This document shows positions 32,858 to 42,385 of a stretch of DNA of 64,000 nt, one piece after another (position 1 is the first letter of the stretch; each line of letters starts with the position of its first letter). The stretch lies in NCBI GenBank assembly GCA_963736005.1, contig CAVTNB010000001.1:1536001-1600000 (forward strand). Direction: 5' to 3'. A program made the translations under genes and the position numbers. Source of the stretch: an uncultured Pseudomonadota bacterium. GTDB lineage: Bacteria; Vulcanimicrobiota; Vulcanimicrobiia; Eremiobacterales; Eremiobacteraceae. The notes under the pieces are model-generated. The model saw only the letters and a program-made list of their open reading frames with translations, was not told where the DNA came from and did not search any database.

Positions 32858-33517
32858 ATGCAACAGACTACAGTCAAAGCGACGCTGCGCGAGGCCGCAG
32901 GCCGGCGAGCCGTCAAGAAAGTTCGCGCCACCGGCGGCATTCCGGGGGTTGTCTATGGAAAAGGCTTCGGCCCGCCGCTCCCCATCTTGGTCGACGCCAA
33001 AGATTTGCGTGCCGCGTTGACCGGGCACGGCGGCAGCGCCGTTTTGAATCTAGAAATCGAGGGCCGCGGCCAGACAACGGCAATCGTGCAAGAGCGCCAG
33101 CTCGACGTCATTACAAAGAGGTTGATTCACGTCGATCTGCACGCCATCAGCCTCGATGAAGTGGTCGAAGCGCATGTGCCGCTCGTCTTGGTCGGCACGC
33201 CGCCAGGTGTCAAAGAGGGCGGCATCTTGGACTTCGTCGTCCGCGAAGTCACCATCGAATCGTTGCCCACCGACATCCCCGATCAAATTCAAGTCGACGT
33301 CAGCGCGCTCAACATGTTCGATACGATTCACGCACGCGATCTCGTCGCGCCGGCAGGCGTGAAGATCACAGAGAATCCAGACGAGATCGTCGTGACGATC
33401 CTGCCGCCGTCGAAGGTCGAGGAAGCGCCGGTCGCCGCGGTAGCGGAGATCCCGGTGGAGCCCGAACTCATCGGCGAGAAGAAAGCTGCACCAGAAGAAG
33501 CCGAGGAAACGGAGTAG
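32858..33517 (+). CDS. rplY: 50S ribosomal protein L25/Ctc
   Basis: GIPGVVYG, HVDL, GVKEGG, IP..I.VDVS; conserved prs-rplY-pth order. Confidence 0.95.
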   Translation: MQQTTVKATLREAAGRRAVKKVRATGGIPGVVYGKGFGPPLPILVDAKDLRAALTGHGGSAVLNLEIEGRGQTTAIVQERQLDVITKRLIHVDLHAISLDEVVEAHVPLVLVGTPPGVKEGGILDFVVREVTIESLPTDIPDQIQVDVSALNMFDTIHARDLVAPAGVKITENPDEIVVTILPPSKVEEAPVAAVAEIPVEPELIGEKKAAPEEAEETE

Positions 33518-33523
33518 CCGAAC

Positions 33524-34147
33524 CTGGCCAACGACGCGCCCCTTTCCAAGACGCTCGTCGTGGGTCTCGGGAACCCTGGCTCGCGATATTCGCGAACGCG
33601 GCACAATCTCGGTTTCCGAGTGGTCGAGTTGGTTGCGCAGCGCCACGGGGCCACCTCGTGGCGCTCGAAGTTTTCGGGTCGACTGGCCGAAGCACCGTCG
33701 CTCGGTGTCGTGCTCTTGCTCCCGCAAACATATATGAATGATTCGGGCGAGAGTGTCGCCCCGTGTGCTGCGTTCTTTCACATCCCGCCACCGCGCATTT
33801 TGATTGTCTGCGATGATCTGAACTTGCCGTTTGCCCGGCTGCGCATGCGGCGCAACGGGAGCGACGGCGGCCACAACGGATTGAAGTCGATCATCACCGC
33901 GCTCTCCAGTCAGGATTTTCCGCGTCTGCGCATTGGGATTGGACGAGCGCAGGGCGACCCGATCGACCATGTCATTGGCAAGTTCAGCAAGACCGAGGAA
34001 GCCGCACTGCCCGGAATTGTGGAACGAGCGGCTGCGGGCGTCGAACGCTTCTTGACCGATGGTGTCGACGCGGCAATCGCGACGATCAATGCGTTCGGCG
34101 GGGGATTACCGGAGGCAGCGGATGACGCCGAGTTGCAAACCGATTGA
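33524..34147 (+). CDS. pth: Peptidyl-tRNA hydrolase
   Basis: VVGLGNPG..Y..TRHNLGF, PQTYMNDSG, DDL, GGHNGLKS, RLRIGIG; start probably CTG 33524 (ORF track uses GTG 33560). Confidence 0.95.
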   Translation: MANDAPLSKTLVVGLGNPGSRYSRTRHNLGFRVVELVAQRHGATSWRSKFSGRLAEAPSLGVVLLLPQTYMNDSGESVAPCAAFFHIPPPRILIVCDDLNLPFARLRMRRNGSDGGHNGLKSIITALSSQDFPRLRIGIGRAQGDPIDHVIGKFSKTEEAALPGIVERAAAGVERFLTDGVDAAIATINAFGGGLPEAADDAELQTD

Positions 34148-34377
34148 ACGCGCCGACTACTCCGGAGCCGTTCGGGCGGCTGCTGATCGCGGTCGGAGCG
34201 GTATTCATTGTGCTCGGTCTGCTACTAAGTTATATGCGAACGCTTCGCTTGGGTTCTCTGCCCGGCGATCTGCACTGGTCGGGTCGCGGCTGGCAAGTCT
34301 CGTTCCCGCTGGGAACGTCTATTTTGCTGTCCCTATTGCTGACGCTAGCGCTGAATCTGTTCTTGCGCCGTCGATAA
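34144..34377 (+). CDS. DUF2905-like small membrane protein
   Basis: G.LPGD..FPLGTSILLSLLLT pattern. Confidence 0.8.
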   Translation: MNAPTTPEPFGRLLIAVGAVFIVLGLLLSYMRTLRLGSLPGDLHWSGRGWQVSFPLGTSILLSLLLTLALNLFLRRR

Positions 34378-34380
34378 CTA

Positions 34381-34460
34381 ATGTAGTGTTGCGAATTCCA
34401 ACTTGAATGTAGAGTCGCGAATTTAAGGGTTGAATGTAGAGTCGCGAATTTATTTGCGAC
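34381..34460 (+). repeat. Three tandem family A REP-derived units (two are half-palindromes)
   Basis: atgtag.gt.gcgaatt at 34381, 34407 and 34434, ~27-nt period. Confidence 0.8.
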
Positions 34461-34490
34461 AAAAAGACCGGGGTAAACGTTAACAAAGAG

Positions 34491-35216
34491 ATGGACGGAT
34501 TCAAAGAGGCAACCCCAGAGAACGAACTGGCCGCGAAGGAATTCATGGGCCGCACCCTGGTTGTACGGCTCGACGAGATCACGGCGCAGGCCTCCACGCT
34601 CGTCTCTGACCTGGTGTTCATGCGACAGCTCGGCGTCCGACCGGTTGTCGTGCTCGATGCCATGCAGCATTCGGCGAGTTCTCGTTTGGTTGCGCTCATC
34701 AATCGCATTGGTGGGGATGCCGTTGCGCTCGACGGTACGTCGGCGAGCACGCTTGTCGTTGCCCGCGACACCCACGGCAGAAGCGCCGTACGTAGCGTGA
34801 ACGCTAGTTTATTGTTGCTGCTGCTCGAGCAAGGGTACATTCCTGTGTTCAGCGCTCAAGGGGCAACGGTTTCCGGCGCATCGGAGCCGCTTGATGCCGC
34901 GGACGCAGCACGCGAGCTGGCAGCCGCCATGCACGCAAAGCGGCTCCTCTACCCGAGCGGATCCGGCGGCATCCGCAGCGAGGATCACAGCGTCATCGAA
35001 GAATTGACGTCGTCCGAAGCGCTGGCGCTGGCGGAAACGGGCACGCTCGCGCCCGATCAATCGAAACAATTAGCCGCGGCGGCTTTGAGCGTTCGTTCGG
35101 GCGTCGATGCGGCGCAGTTGCTCGACCTCACCATTGCCCACGCGACGCTTGTAGAATTGCTCACCGCCCAGCACCTGGGCACGCAGGTCACCTCGCACGT
35201 CGTTTTGACGAATTAA
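34491..35216 (+). CDS. Acetylglutamate kinase (ArgB)-like protein lacking catalytic motifs
   Basis: Aligns by eye to ArgB (LGVRPVVV, LINRIGG.AV, GYIPV, A.RL, LVELLT...GT), but KxGG, HGGG, NAD and GGMxPK are absent. Confidence 0.75.
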   Translation: MDGFKEATPENELAAKEFMGRTLVVRLDEITAQASTLVSDLVFMRQLGVRPVVVLDAMQHSASSRLVALINRIGGDAVALDGTSASTLVVARDTHGRSAVRSVNASLLLLLLEQGYIPVFSAQGATVSGASEPLDAADAARELAAAMHAKRLLYPSGSGGIRSEDHSVIEELTSSEALALAETGTLAPDQSKQLAAAALSVRSGVDAAQLLDLTIAHATLVELLTAQHLGTQVTSHVVLTN

Positions 35217-35229
35217 GGCGATATCACAA

Positions 35230-35254
35230 CGCGCGAATAAATTCGCGCGACTAC
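35230..35254 (-). repeat. Family A REP (last GTAG REP seen in the window)
   Basis: cgcgcgaataaattcgcgcgactac. Confidence 0.85.
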
Positions 35255-35260
35255 GTACCC

Positions 35261-35905
35261 TTAAATTCGGAAGAGCTGAACAAAGCGGTCGAGTAATGCG
35301 CGTTGACCGCGAATACGCACCGTACCGTTTTTCAAAGCTTCCTTTGGAGTCACTTCCCCCGCCCAGAGCAGCCGAATAGCGGGACCCGCTTCGATGACGA
35401 GATCAGGCGATGGTAGCGTTCCCTTGCCGACGGTGACCGTACGGTTGCGGACCTGGGCGTTGACGACGATTTCGCCGACATGTAATTCAAAACCGATATC
35501 ATCCTGCGCAGCGGCGTCGGGGCGAAAGATCGCTCGCAGCGCTATCGCTATGGCATCGGCGGTCAAGATTTCATCAGGCCGCGGATCGCCAAGATGCTTC
35601 GCACCCCATCGTCCGAGTGCCATGACACCCTCTTCAAGACCACGTCCGTCCTCGGTGAGCTCGTAGACGACACCACCGCCCGACGGGCGGCCCTGAGCAC
35701 GCCGGCGCACGAGGCCAGATTCTTCGAGTTCCTTCAACCGTGTGGTAAGGATATTGCTCGGGATTTTTGGGAGGCCGCGCTGCAAGTCGCTGAAGCGCTT
35801 CGGCTCCACAAGCAGGTCGCGAACGATGAGCAGCGCCCACCGCTCACCCGCAATTTCAAGGGCACGCGCAAAGCCGCAGTATTGTCCGTAAACCCGGGTC
35901 GCCAC
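35261..35905 (-). CDS. HxlR-family winged-helix regulator with C-terminal SCP2-like domain
   Basis: YGQYC..ARALE..GERWALLIVRDL..RF..L..RLKELE; C-terminal EALKNGTVRIRG. Confidence 0.88.
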   Translation of the reverse strand: MATRVYGQYCGFARALEIAGERWALLIVRDLLVEPKRFSDLQRGLPKIPSNILTTRLKELEESGLVRRRAQGRPSGGGVVYELTEDGRGLEEGVMALGRWGAKHLGDPRPDEILTADAIAIALRAIFRPDAAAQDDIGFELHVGEIVVNAQVRNRTVTVGKGTLPSPDLVIEAGPAIRLLWAGEVTPKEALKNGTVRIRGQRALLDRFVQLFRI

Positions 35906-35923
35906 GGTCCAATTCTAACACTA

Positions 35924-35959
35924 ACTTGCTATTTTGTGTAGTACTTGCTTTTTACAAGT
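35924..35959. promoter_or_regulatory. Putative HxlR autoregulatory operator
   Basis: ACTTG-N7-CAAGT inverted repeat (35943-35959) plus a degenerate adjacent copy. Confidence 0.5.
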
Positions 35960-36033
35960 CTATGCAACACCATCTCGAGATCGGACTTCGAGATCAATGT
36001 GCAGGTGGCTGGATGCCAAGGGTTGAGAGGGCC

Positions 36034-36062
36034 TTGACTTTCAGGCCTACTATGAGTATCCT
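36034..36062 (+). promoter_or_regulatory. Sigma70-like promoter of the mazEF-like operon
   Basis: TTGACT-N17-TATCCT. Confidence 0.55.
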
Positions 36063-36101
36063 CATTGTATATACGTAATCCTGGTCTGTGGTGAGGCAGA
36101 A

Positions 36102-36353
36102 TTGATTCTCAAAGGTACAGCCCGGAAGTGGGGCAACAGTTTGGCCGTTCGGATACCGAAGACAGTGTCCGAAGATCTCGGCATCGAAGAGAATGCAGCC
36201 ATTAGCATGCTAATCGACGATGGCTCGTTAGTCATAACACCTGTGAGCGGTCGCAAAAAGCGCCTGCAAAAGGCGTTAGATCGCATTACGCACGAGAATC
36301 TACCCGACGAGAAGGAACCCTTTGGTCAATCAGTTGGCCGCGAGCGGTGGTGA
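36102..36353 (+). CDS. mazE: AbrB/MazE antitoxin
   Basis: RKWGNSLAVRIPK; C-terminal G.E.W. Confidence 0.9.
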   Translation: MILKGTARKWGNSLAVRIPKTVSEDLGIEENAAISMLIDDGSLVITPVSGRKKRLQKALDRITHENLPDEKEPFGQSVGRERW

Positions 36354-36694
36354 GATCGCCTTCGGGGTACATACCAGATCGCGGCGATGTGATTAACGTC
36401 GACCTTTCTCCTCAATCGGGACGTGAACAGGCGGGTCGACGACCCGCCCTTGTTTTGTCACCCGCCGAGTACAACGGAAAAGTCGGATTGTGCATATGCT
36501 GCTCTGTCACTTCCAAGACGAAGGGTTATCCGTTTGAAGTCGATCTCGCAAAATCATCCGCACTCAGTGGAACCGTACTTGCGGATCATGTAGCAAGCAT
36601 CGATTGGCACGCGAGGAAAGCTTCGCGAATTGCCCGCGTCTCCAATTTGATACTCGAAAGAGTTGTAGCCAAGTTGAACGACCTCATTAGTTAA
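36347..36694 (+). CDS. mazF: MazF/PemK endoribonuclease toxin
   Basis: YIPDRGD..P..GREQAGRRPALVLSP..YN..KGYPFEV..DW.AR. Confidence 0.92.
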   Translation: MVRSPSGYIPDRGDVINVDLSPQSGREQAGRRPALVLSPAEYNGKVGLCICCSVTSKTKGYPFEVDLAKSSALSGTVLADHVASIDWHARKASRIARVSNLILERVVAKLNDLIS

Positions 36695-36775
36695 CGGGAT
36701 GCTTTGACACCAATGTAATGCAGACACCTGGCAGGTACTTGCAGTTAAACAAACCTTCGTGGTAAGATAAAGGCC

Positions 36776-37126
36776 ATGCCAGCTGTCGCCACCCGCCAAA
36801 GGGGCGCCGAGCGCCTCTTGGATCAAATCCGCTCCACCTTCGGGCTCACCGAGAGCGAACTTGCAGACCTGCTTGGCGTTCGACGTCAATCGGTTGCTGA
36901 ATGGCGCGAGTACGGCGTGCCGGCGCAGCGCATAGCGACGCTCGAGCATATCAGCGGTTTAGCCAAGGTGTTGCGCACGGAGCTGATCCCTTCTCACATC
37001 CCGGAGATCGTGCGACGCAAGGACGCCTGGCTTGACAATAAATCAATTCTTCAAACCATTGCGCATGATGGTGTCGACCGAGTCTACGCCTATCTTCACC
37101 GGCTGTTCAGCTATCGCGGGAGTTAG
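36776..37126 (+). CDS. Xre/MbcA-like HTH antitoxin
   Basis: HTH (ELADLLGVRRQSVAEW); abuts the RES gene. Confidence 0.75.
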   Translation: MPAVATRQRGAERLLDQIRSTFGLTESELADLLGVRRQSVAEWREYGVPAQRIATLEHISGLAKVLRTELIPSHIPEIVRRKDAWLDNKSILQTIAHDGVDRVYAYLHRLFSYRGS

Positions 37127-37671
37127 TGGGCCTGCGCCACACTCGCAGGCACGGTACCTATTATCGCGTGTGCAAGCCCGACTGGGCTGATTGCTCGGAC
37201 ACCTCGTATGCCAAACGTTTCGGCGGCCGCTGGACGCCGCCGGAAGAATTCGGGGCGCTCTACTTGTGCGCCACGATTGAAGTAGCGGCCGCCGTGGCGC
37301 GGACGCATCACGTCGGACGAGCAATTCCCCTCTTCTCTTTGCGGCCGGCTCTCCGACCGCAGCTTCAATCTTTCGCGGTTACCGGAGCGCAGTATGTGGA
37401 CGTCGTGACAAACGAGGGCATCGCCGCCGCAAGCCTCCCGGCGACCTATCCCGAGGGGGTGAGCCATCAGCAATGCTGGCCCGTTGCTCGTCAGGCGCAC
37501 TCCGCCCGCGAGCGGGGGATCGCATGCAGATCCGCCGCCGAGGCTGGAGCTGATTTTTGGCTGGGTGAAGAGCTGGCCATCTTCGACAACGGGCCGATGC
37601 CAAAGACGGCCGGTCGACGACGCTCCTTCTCTGAATGGTATCCTGACGTGGTGCCGCCGCTGGGCCGCTGA
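37126..37671 (+). CDS. RES-domain toxin
   Basis: YYRV..GGRW.P..FGALYL..GI..RSA..ELAIF. Confidence 0.75.
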   Translation: MGLRHTRRHGTYYRVCKPDWADCSDTSYAKRFGGRWTPPEEFGALYLCATIEVAAAVARTHHVGRAIPLFSLRPALRPQLQSFAVTGAQYVDVVTNEGIAAASLPATYPEGVSHQQCWPVARQAHSARERGIACRSAAEAGADFWLGEELAIFDNGPMPKTAGRRRSFSEWYPDVVPPLGR

Positions 37672-37686
37672 CCTATCGGGGATTCC

Positions 37687-38415
37687 TCACGCGCAACCGC
37701 TAGGCCGCCGCGACGCGGACGCTCTAACGGAAACCTTTTTGAGCCGAGAGGGTGCGCTATCCATATCTGCAGACACGACAACTCGGGCATCGCCGACATC
37801 GTCGAACCGTCGTTGAGCGCGTTCAGGGAAAACTTTGACGTGTATGGCCAGCAGCCCACAGTTCCCAATGATGCTCAGCCTATGGGACCCGCGCTTGTGC
37901 GCATGCATGTTTCGGGTTCTCGCGGCGATTCTCGAATGGCTACCTTGAGCCACTACGAGGGCAAGCGCGACGTTGTCGCAAGTGCTACCATGCTCCACGG
38001 TGGCGTGTCCATCGGTGTCGATGTCGCTGAGCGGAAAAGTCTTCCCGTCAACGATTTCTTCTTGCTCAGTCATTATGGGCGTGGGGGCTGGTACCGGTAG
38101 CGCCATTGGGGTGGTTGGGGACGGATTGGTCGTTGAAGTAGGTGAGGGATACAGTCCCTGGGTTGGTGCGAAAGCGGTGGTGGGGTTAGGTGTGCTGTTA
38201 AGGTCAACAGCGGTGTTCGTGTCAATGACGGTAGCAGACTCGTTGTCTGTTTGACTGCCGGCCACGATTGATCCGCCTGCAGTGTTCGCAGAACTGCTAC
38301 CTGGCAGAGGTATGATATTGCTGGCGTAACCCGAGCCACTGCCGCATCCCGCGAGCGGGACGCAGAGTAAGAAAACAAGACCAATGGCTGCAATAGTTAA
38401 TTTGTTGATGGTGAT
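37687..38415 (-). CDS. Putative lipoprotein with Pro/Thr-rich linker; ATC start or decaying gene
   Basis: Frame extends upstream of GTG 38265 to ITINKLTIAAIGLVFLLCVPLAGC (lipobox), preceded by AAGGA and TG-TATGAT; C-terminal half possibly frameshifted. Confidence 0.5.
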   Translation of the reverse strand: MTINKLTIAAIGLVFLLCVPLAGCGSGSGYASNIIPLPGSSSANTAGGSIVAGSQTDNESATVIDTNTAVDLNSTPNPTTAFAPTQGLYPSPTSTTNPSPTTPMALPVPAPTPIMTEQEEIVDGKTFPLSDIDTDGHATVEHGSTCDNVALALVVAQGSHSRIAARTRNMHAHKRGSHRLSIIGNCGLLAIHVKVFPERAQRRFDDVGDARVVVSADMDSAPSRLKKVSVRASASRRPSGCA

Positions 38416-38498
38416 GGGCTTCCTTGTCCGGGCTCATCATACCATGTCGCGCTGAAAAGGGGGTTAAATTTAGGTGATCATCCATTCGTAAATCGATT

Positions 38499-40355
38499 TT
38501 GTTCCTTGCCATCGTAGTCGTTGCGCTTGAGCATCTCTCGCAGCGCGCGCTTCCCTCGTTTGCTTCATCCATTCCGCTGACCATCGTCTATCCCGGTGAA
38601 GGTGACAAGCTCCCGTACGTGAGGGAGTCGTTCATCTTCGGCTCAACGGCGCCCGGCGCCACCGTGAGTGTGAATGGTGCGTCGGCTTTGGTTGCGCCAT
38701 CCGGTGGTTGGATCGCGTACGTGCCCTTTGCGCCCGGGGATTTTCATCTGCATGTCGTGGCACGCGATGCTAGCGCAACCGCGTCGCTGGATCGAGTCGT
38801 GAACGTGTCCTCGCCACTTTCCACGCTCCCCGCATCGCCAGCCCGGGTTGATGCAGTCGTTCATCCCATACCTGACGAGAACTTGACGCTGCATCCAGGG
38901 GACACGGTGGAGCTGTTCGTTAAAGCGAGCACGGACGCGCACGTGACAGCCTCCTTCGATGGCGGGAGAACAAACGCGCCCATGGTCGAGACTCATGCGC
39001 CTAGCTTGAACCCCACAGAAAAGGAAAGAATCCTCGGCGACGCGGTCGCTAGTGGCGAACCGGTTGGGGGTCTGTACGAAGGTGAGTTTCGCGTACCGAA
39101 TGCACCCGGCACGCTGTCGGTGGACTACACGGTGACGGCACCGGACGGATCCGTGGCCAGAGCAAGTGCGAAGGGCATCATCACCGTCTCACCATTGGGT
39201 TCGTTTCGGGTTGGCCATATCGTGCTCGCTGACCGTACGAAGGACATTGACGCGCGGCCTTACGGAGTCGTCGAATCGGAACCGGATGGCGGCTGGCTCT
39301 TTTTTCCGCCAGCGCAGACGCCATTTGAAGTCACCGGCAGCGCGGGCGATTATTATCGAGTCGCGCTCGGCGCGAACCAACAAGGTTGGATTGAAAAGAA
39401 ATCAATGGCGCTCGAGACACCCGGCACGCCGCGACCGCGCGCATCGGTGCAAGGTGTTGTCGTCCAAGACGGTGCGAGAGCGGGCACCGTGATGGTACAT
39501 TTAAGTGGGCGTGTGCCGTATTGGGTGAGCGAATCCGTCGACACGCCTGGCCTGCGCATCCGACTATTTGGGGCTGCCGCGGGCGGCGATTTTGTTCGCT
39601 ATGGAGCGGACCGTGGCAACATTGCTGAGGTGCGTTGGGATCAACTTGGAGGGGAAGTCGCTACCCTCGAGATCAAACTTCGCCAGCGCACCATGTGGGG
39701 CTACCACGCGCAGTGGAACGGCAACGATCTCGAACTGGTCGTCAAGAAGTCGCCACATTTCAAACCGGCGCCCGCTTCTGCGCTCAGCGGTCTTCTTGTG
39801 GTAATCGATCCTGGACACTCACCCGATAGCGGCTCGATAGGTCCATTAGGCACGCAAGAGCGAGACGTAAATCTTGGGATCGCCAAACGGCTTGCGGTGC
39901 ACCTAGAAAAAGTCGGGGCTCGTGCGGTTCTTACGCGCACTGCGAACGTTCCCGTCGGTCTCTACGCTCGCACGGATCTTGCAGCGCGCGTAGGAGCCGA
40001 CATTCTCATCAGCATCCACAATAACGCTCTACCCGATGGAGTCGACCCTTTCACCCATCACGGCTTTTCGGTCTATTACTATCAACCACAGAGCCTCAGT
40101 CTTGCTCGCGCGATTCACGACGCGTATCGCCGCGATACGCAACTTCCAGATTACGGCCTGTTCTACGACAATCTGGCGCTCGCTCGGCCGACCGAGGAAC
40201 CGGCCGTCCTCACGGAATCGGCCTTTATCATGTGGCCGCCAGAGGAAATGGATCTCATCAACCCTACTTTCCAAGACAAGCTCGCGGCCACGATAACCGA
40301 TGGCGTGAATCGCTGGGCCAGTGCAATGCGGACGCTCGAACTCAGAGGTTATTAG
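38499..40355 (+). CDS. N-acetylmuramoyl-L-alanine amidase (Amidase_3)
   Basis: VIDPGH, E..NL.IA, ISIHNNA, PAVLTE. Confidence 0.9.
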   Translation: MFLAIVVVALEHLSQRALPSFASSIPLTIVYPGEGDKLPYVRESFIFGSTAPGATVSVNGASALVAPSGGWIAYVPFAPGDFHLHVVARDASATASLDRVVNVSSPLSTLPASPARVDAVVHPIPDENLTLHPGDTVELFVKASTDAHVTASFDGGRTNAPMVETHAPSLNPTEKERILGDAVASGEPVGGLYEGEFRVPNAPGTLSVDYTVTAPDGSVARASAKGIITVSPLGSFRVGHIVLADRTKDIDARPYGVVESEPDGGWLFFPPAQTPFEVTGSAGDYYRVALGANQQGWIEKKSMALETPGTPRPRASVQGVVVQDGARAGTVMVHLSGRVPYWVSESVDTPGLRIRLFGAAAGGDFVRYGADRGNIAEVRWDQLGGEVATLEIKLRQRTMWGYHAQWNGNDLELVVKKSPHFKPAPASALSGLLVVIDPGHSPDSGSIGPLGTQERDVNLGIAKRLAVHLEKVGARAVLTRTANVPVGLYARTDLAARVGADILISIHNNALPDGVDPFTHHGFSVYYYQPQSLSLARAIHDAYRRDTQLPDYGLFYDNLALARPTEEPAVLTESAFIMWPPEEMDLINPTFQDKLAATITDGVNRWASAMRTLELRGY

Positions 40356-40360
40356 GTCAC

Positions 40361-41503
40361 ATGACTAGGCAAGCCATGCTCGACCTTTCGGGATTGCGGG
40401 AGCGCACGAGCCAGAAATGGAGACAATATCCCAAGGATGTCTTGCCGGTCTTTGTCGCCGAGATGGATTACGCCCTGGCACCACCGATCGCACAAGCTCT
40501 TCACGATGCGATCGATCGCTCCGATACCGGATACGCGTGGCCGCACGAGCTGCGAGAGACGTTTTCCCGTTATGCGAGAAAAAGTTTCGATTGGACGGTG
40601 TCGCCAGAGCGCGTGGTAATCGTGAATGACGTCATGGGAGGCGTGAGCGAATCGCTGCGAACGTTAACGCATGCAGATGACGGCGTGGTGATTATGCCGC
40701 CGGTCTACCCTCCATTCTTTGAAATCGTGGCGTTGGCGCAACGGCGTATTGTTGAAGTGCCCTTGCTCCACGACGATCGTTACGCGATCGACTGGAATGC
40801 ACTTGAAATGGCATTCTCGCGAGCCGTTCGCTGCTTGCTGCTCTGCCATCCGCACAATCCGGTAGGTCGTGTCTTCACGCGTACCGAGCTAGAGCGACTC
40901 GCACAGCTTGCGCAGCACTACAGCGTTCTCGTCATCTCCGATGAGATCCACGCACCGCTCGTCTATTCCGGTACAACCCATGTGCCGTTCGCCGCAGTGG
41001 CCAAGCCGCTCGGCATCGATACCGTCACGCTGATGTCAGCGTCCAAGGGTTGGAACATTGCCGGTCTCAAATGCGCGCAGATGATTGCCGGCAGCGAACG
41101 AGTGCACGCGCAATTCAAGCAGCTTCCAGCCGACGTGACCGATCGCATTGGTCATCTCGGTGTCATCGCCACCGCAGCCGCGTACGAACACGGGCAATCT
41201 TGGTTGCGCGAAACACTCACGCTGCTCGATAGAAATCGACGGTTGGTCGCGACCTTGTTGGCCAAGCATCTACCGCAAATCGGTTATCGCGAGCCCGAAG
41301 CAACCTACCTTGCGTGGCTTGATTGCCGCGCACTGCAGCTCGGAGACGATCCTGCGCAAGCGTTTATCGAACGCGCCCATGTGGCACTTTCGCACGGCTC
41401 GGAATTCGGCGAAGCTGGACGGGGGTTCGCTCGACTCAACTTCGCGACCTCAAATGAAATTTTAGCAGAGGCAATCGAACGCATGGCCCGCACAGTCGCA
41501 TAG
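40361..41503 (+). CDS. PLP-dependent cystathionine beta-lyase (MalY/PatB family)
   Basis: S.KW, VAEMD, CHPHNPVG, SDEIH, SASKGWN, RLNFAT; start ATG 40361. Confidence 0.9.
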   Translation: MTRQAMLDLSGLRERTSQKWRQYPKDVLPVFVAEMDYALAPPIAQALHDAIDRSDTGYAWPHELRETFSRYARKSFDWTVSPERVVIVNDVMGGVSESLRTLTHADDGVVIMPPVYPPFFEIVALAQRRIVEVPLLHDDRYAIDWNALEMAFSRAVRCLLLCHPHNPVGRVFTRTELERLAQLAQHYSVLVISDEIHAPLVYSGTTHVPFAAVAKPLGIDTVTLMSASKGWNIAGLKCAQMIAGSERVHAQFKQLPADVTDRIGHLGVIATAAAYEHGQSWLRETLTLLDRNRRLVATLLAKHLPQIGYREPEATYLAWLDCRALQLGDDPAQAFIERAHVALSHGSEFGEAGRGFARLNFATSNEILAEAIERMARTVA

Positions 41504-41514
41504 ATATAGTATCT

Positions 41515-42381
41515 TCACGAATTTGCACCAGTGTAGTTGTCCAAGACTTCGTCGGCGCTGAGCACTCGTGGATAGATTGCCACTTCACCCAAGCCCCCGC
41601 TAAGAAAACTGACTCGGTCGCGCGTGCCGAGCCGAACTGGCGCGGTGCCGTGGATCGCATGGATATCGTACGAAGCATAGCGGGCGCCGCGCGATTTTCG
41701 CGGACTCGCGCGCAGCACGCCATTCTTATATAGAGAGACGCCGGCACTTGGATCAGTCGCATCACCCGGATCGTAGCACGCAACAACGTGTATCCAGGCA
41801 CCGGGCGCTAAGTCATCTTGAAAATATGCTCCTGCTCCTTCATTAGAAGTATGGGGCTGCCCGGTTGCATTCCAGATGTACGCGGAGATGCGATTCGGCC
41901 GAGTCGGCGAGTCTTTACTATAGAAGCGGAATCCCCACTCGAAGGCGCCGGGCTCTCCTTTCCCCAGCCAATGGATGTAGTGCTCATCAGTCTGGCCTGC
42001 AAAGGTCAGCACATCAGGACGCATCCACGCCTCGACGGTCAACCCTTGGCCACTCGTCGGTTGGCTGAAAACTGCACTGTCTGGAATCTCAACAAAAGCA
42101 TCGACGCCGTTGAGGTCGATGGCCGCGTCGACCTCACTCTGTAAAGCACCGCGCTGTCCGAACGTGATACCACCCTTAAATGCTCCATCGTGGTGCCCGT
42201 TGGTCGAATCGTGCGCAACCATGCCCACTTTCTCTTCGAAACGCCAATAACCAACAGGTCCCTTGGCCAGCACGCGAGCGTGGTACGGTGTCGATGCTCC
42301 AAGAGCCGTTTTCCCAAGGAGCGAGGCAACCCCCGCGGCCCCCATCATACGTAGCAAATCCCGACGCGTCTGTAGATACAT
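41515..42381 (-). CDS. Tat-exported LamG/concanavalin A-like domain protein
   Basis: TRRDLL twin-Arg signal; PVGYWRF, TVEAW, WIHVV..YD..LYKNG, EVAIY..LS. Confidence 0.8.
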   Translation of the reverse strand: MYLQTRRDLLRMMGAAGVASLLGKTALGASTPYHARVLAKGPVGYWRFEEKVGMVAHDSTNGHHDGAFKGGITFGQRGALQSEVDAAIDLNGVDAFVEIPDSAVFSQPTSGQGLTVEAWMRPDVLTFAGQTDEHYIHWLGKGEPGAFEWGFRFYSKDSPTRPNRISAYIWNATGQPHTSNEGAGAYFQDDLAPGAWIHVVACYDPGDATDPSAGVSLYKNGVLRASPRKSRGARYASYDIHAIHGTAPVRLGTRDRVSFLSGGLGEVAIYPRVLSADEVLDNYTGANS

Positions 42382-42385
42382 AAGA

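Noticed and set aside
33050..33970. Long antisense ORFs (also 1989-2927, 11093-12022, 50669-51781, 60625-61689)
   Set aside because: Antisense shadows of well-supported genes, expected at this GC content
34381..34460. Three ~27-nt periodic repeats resembling a mini CRISPR array
   Set aside because: Units are REP family A halves with <10-nt linkers; no spacer-length unique sequence and no cas genes
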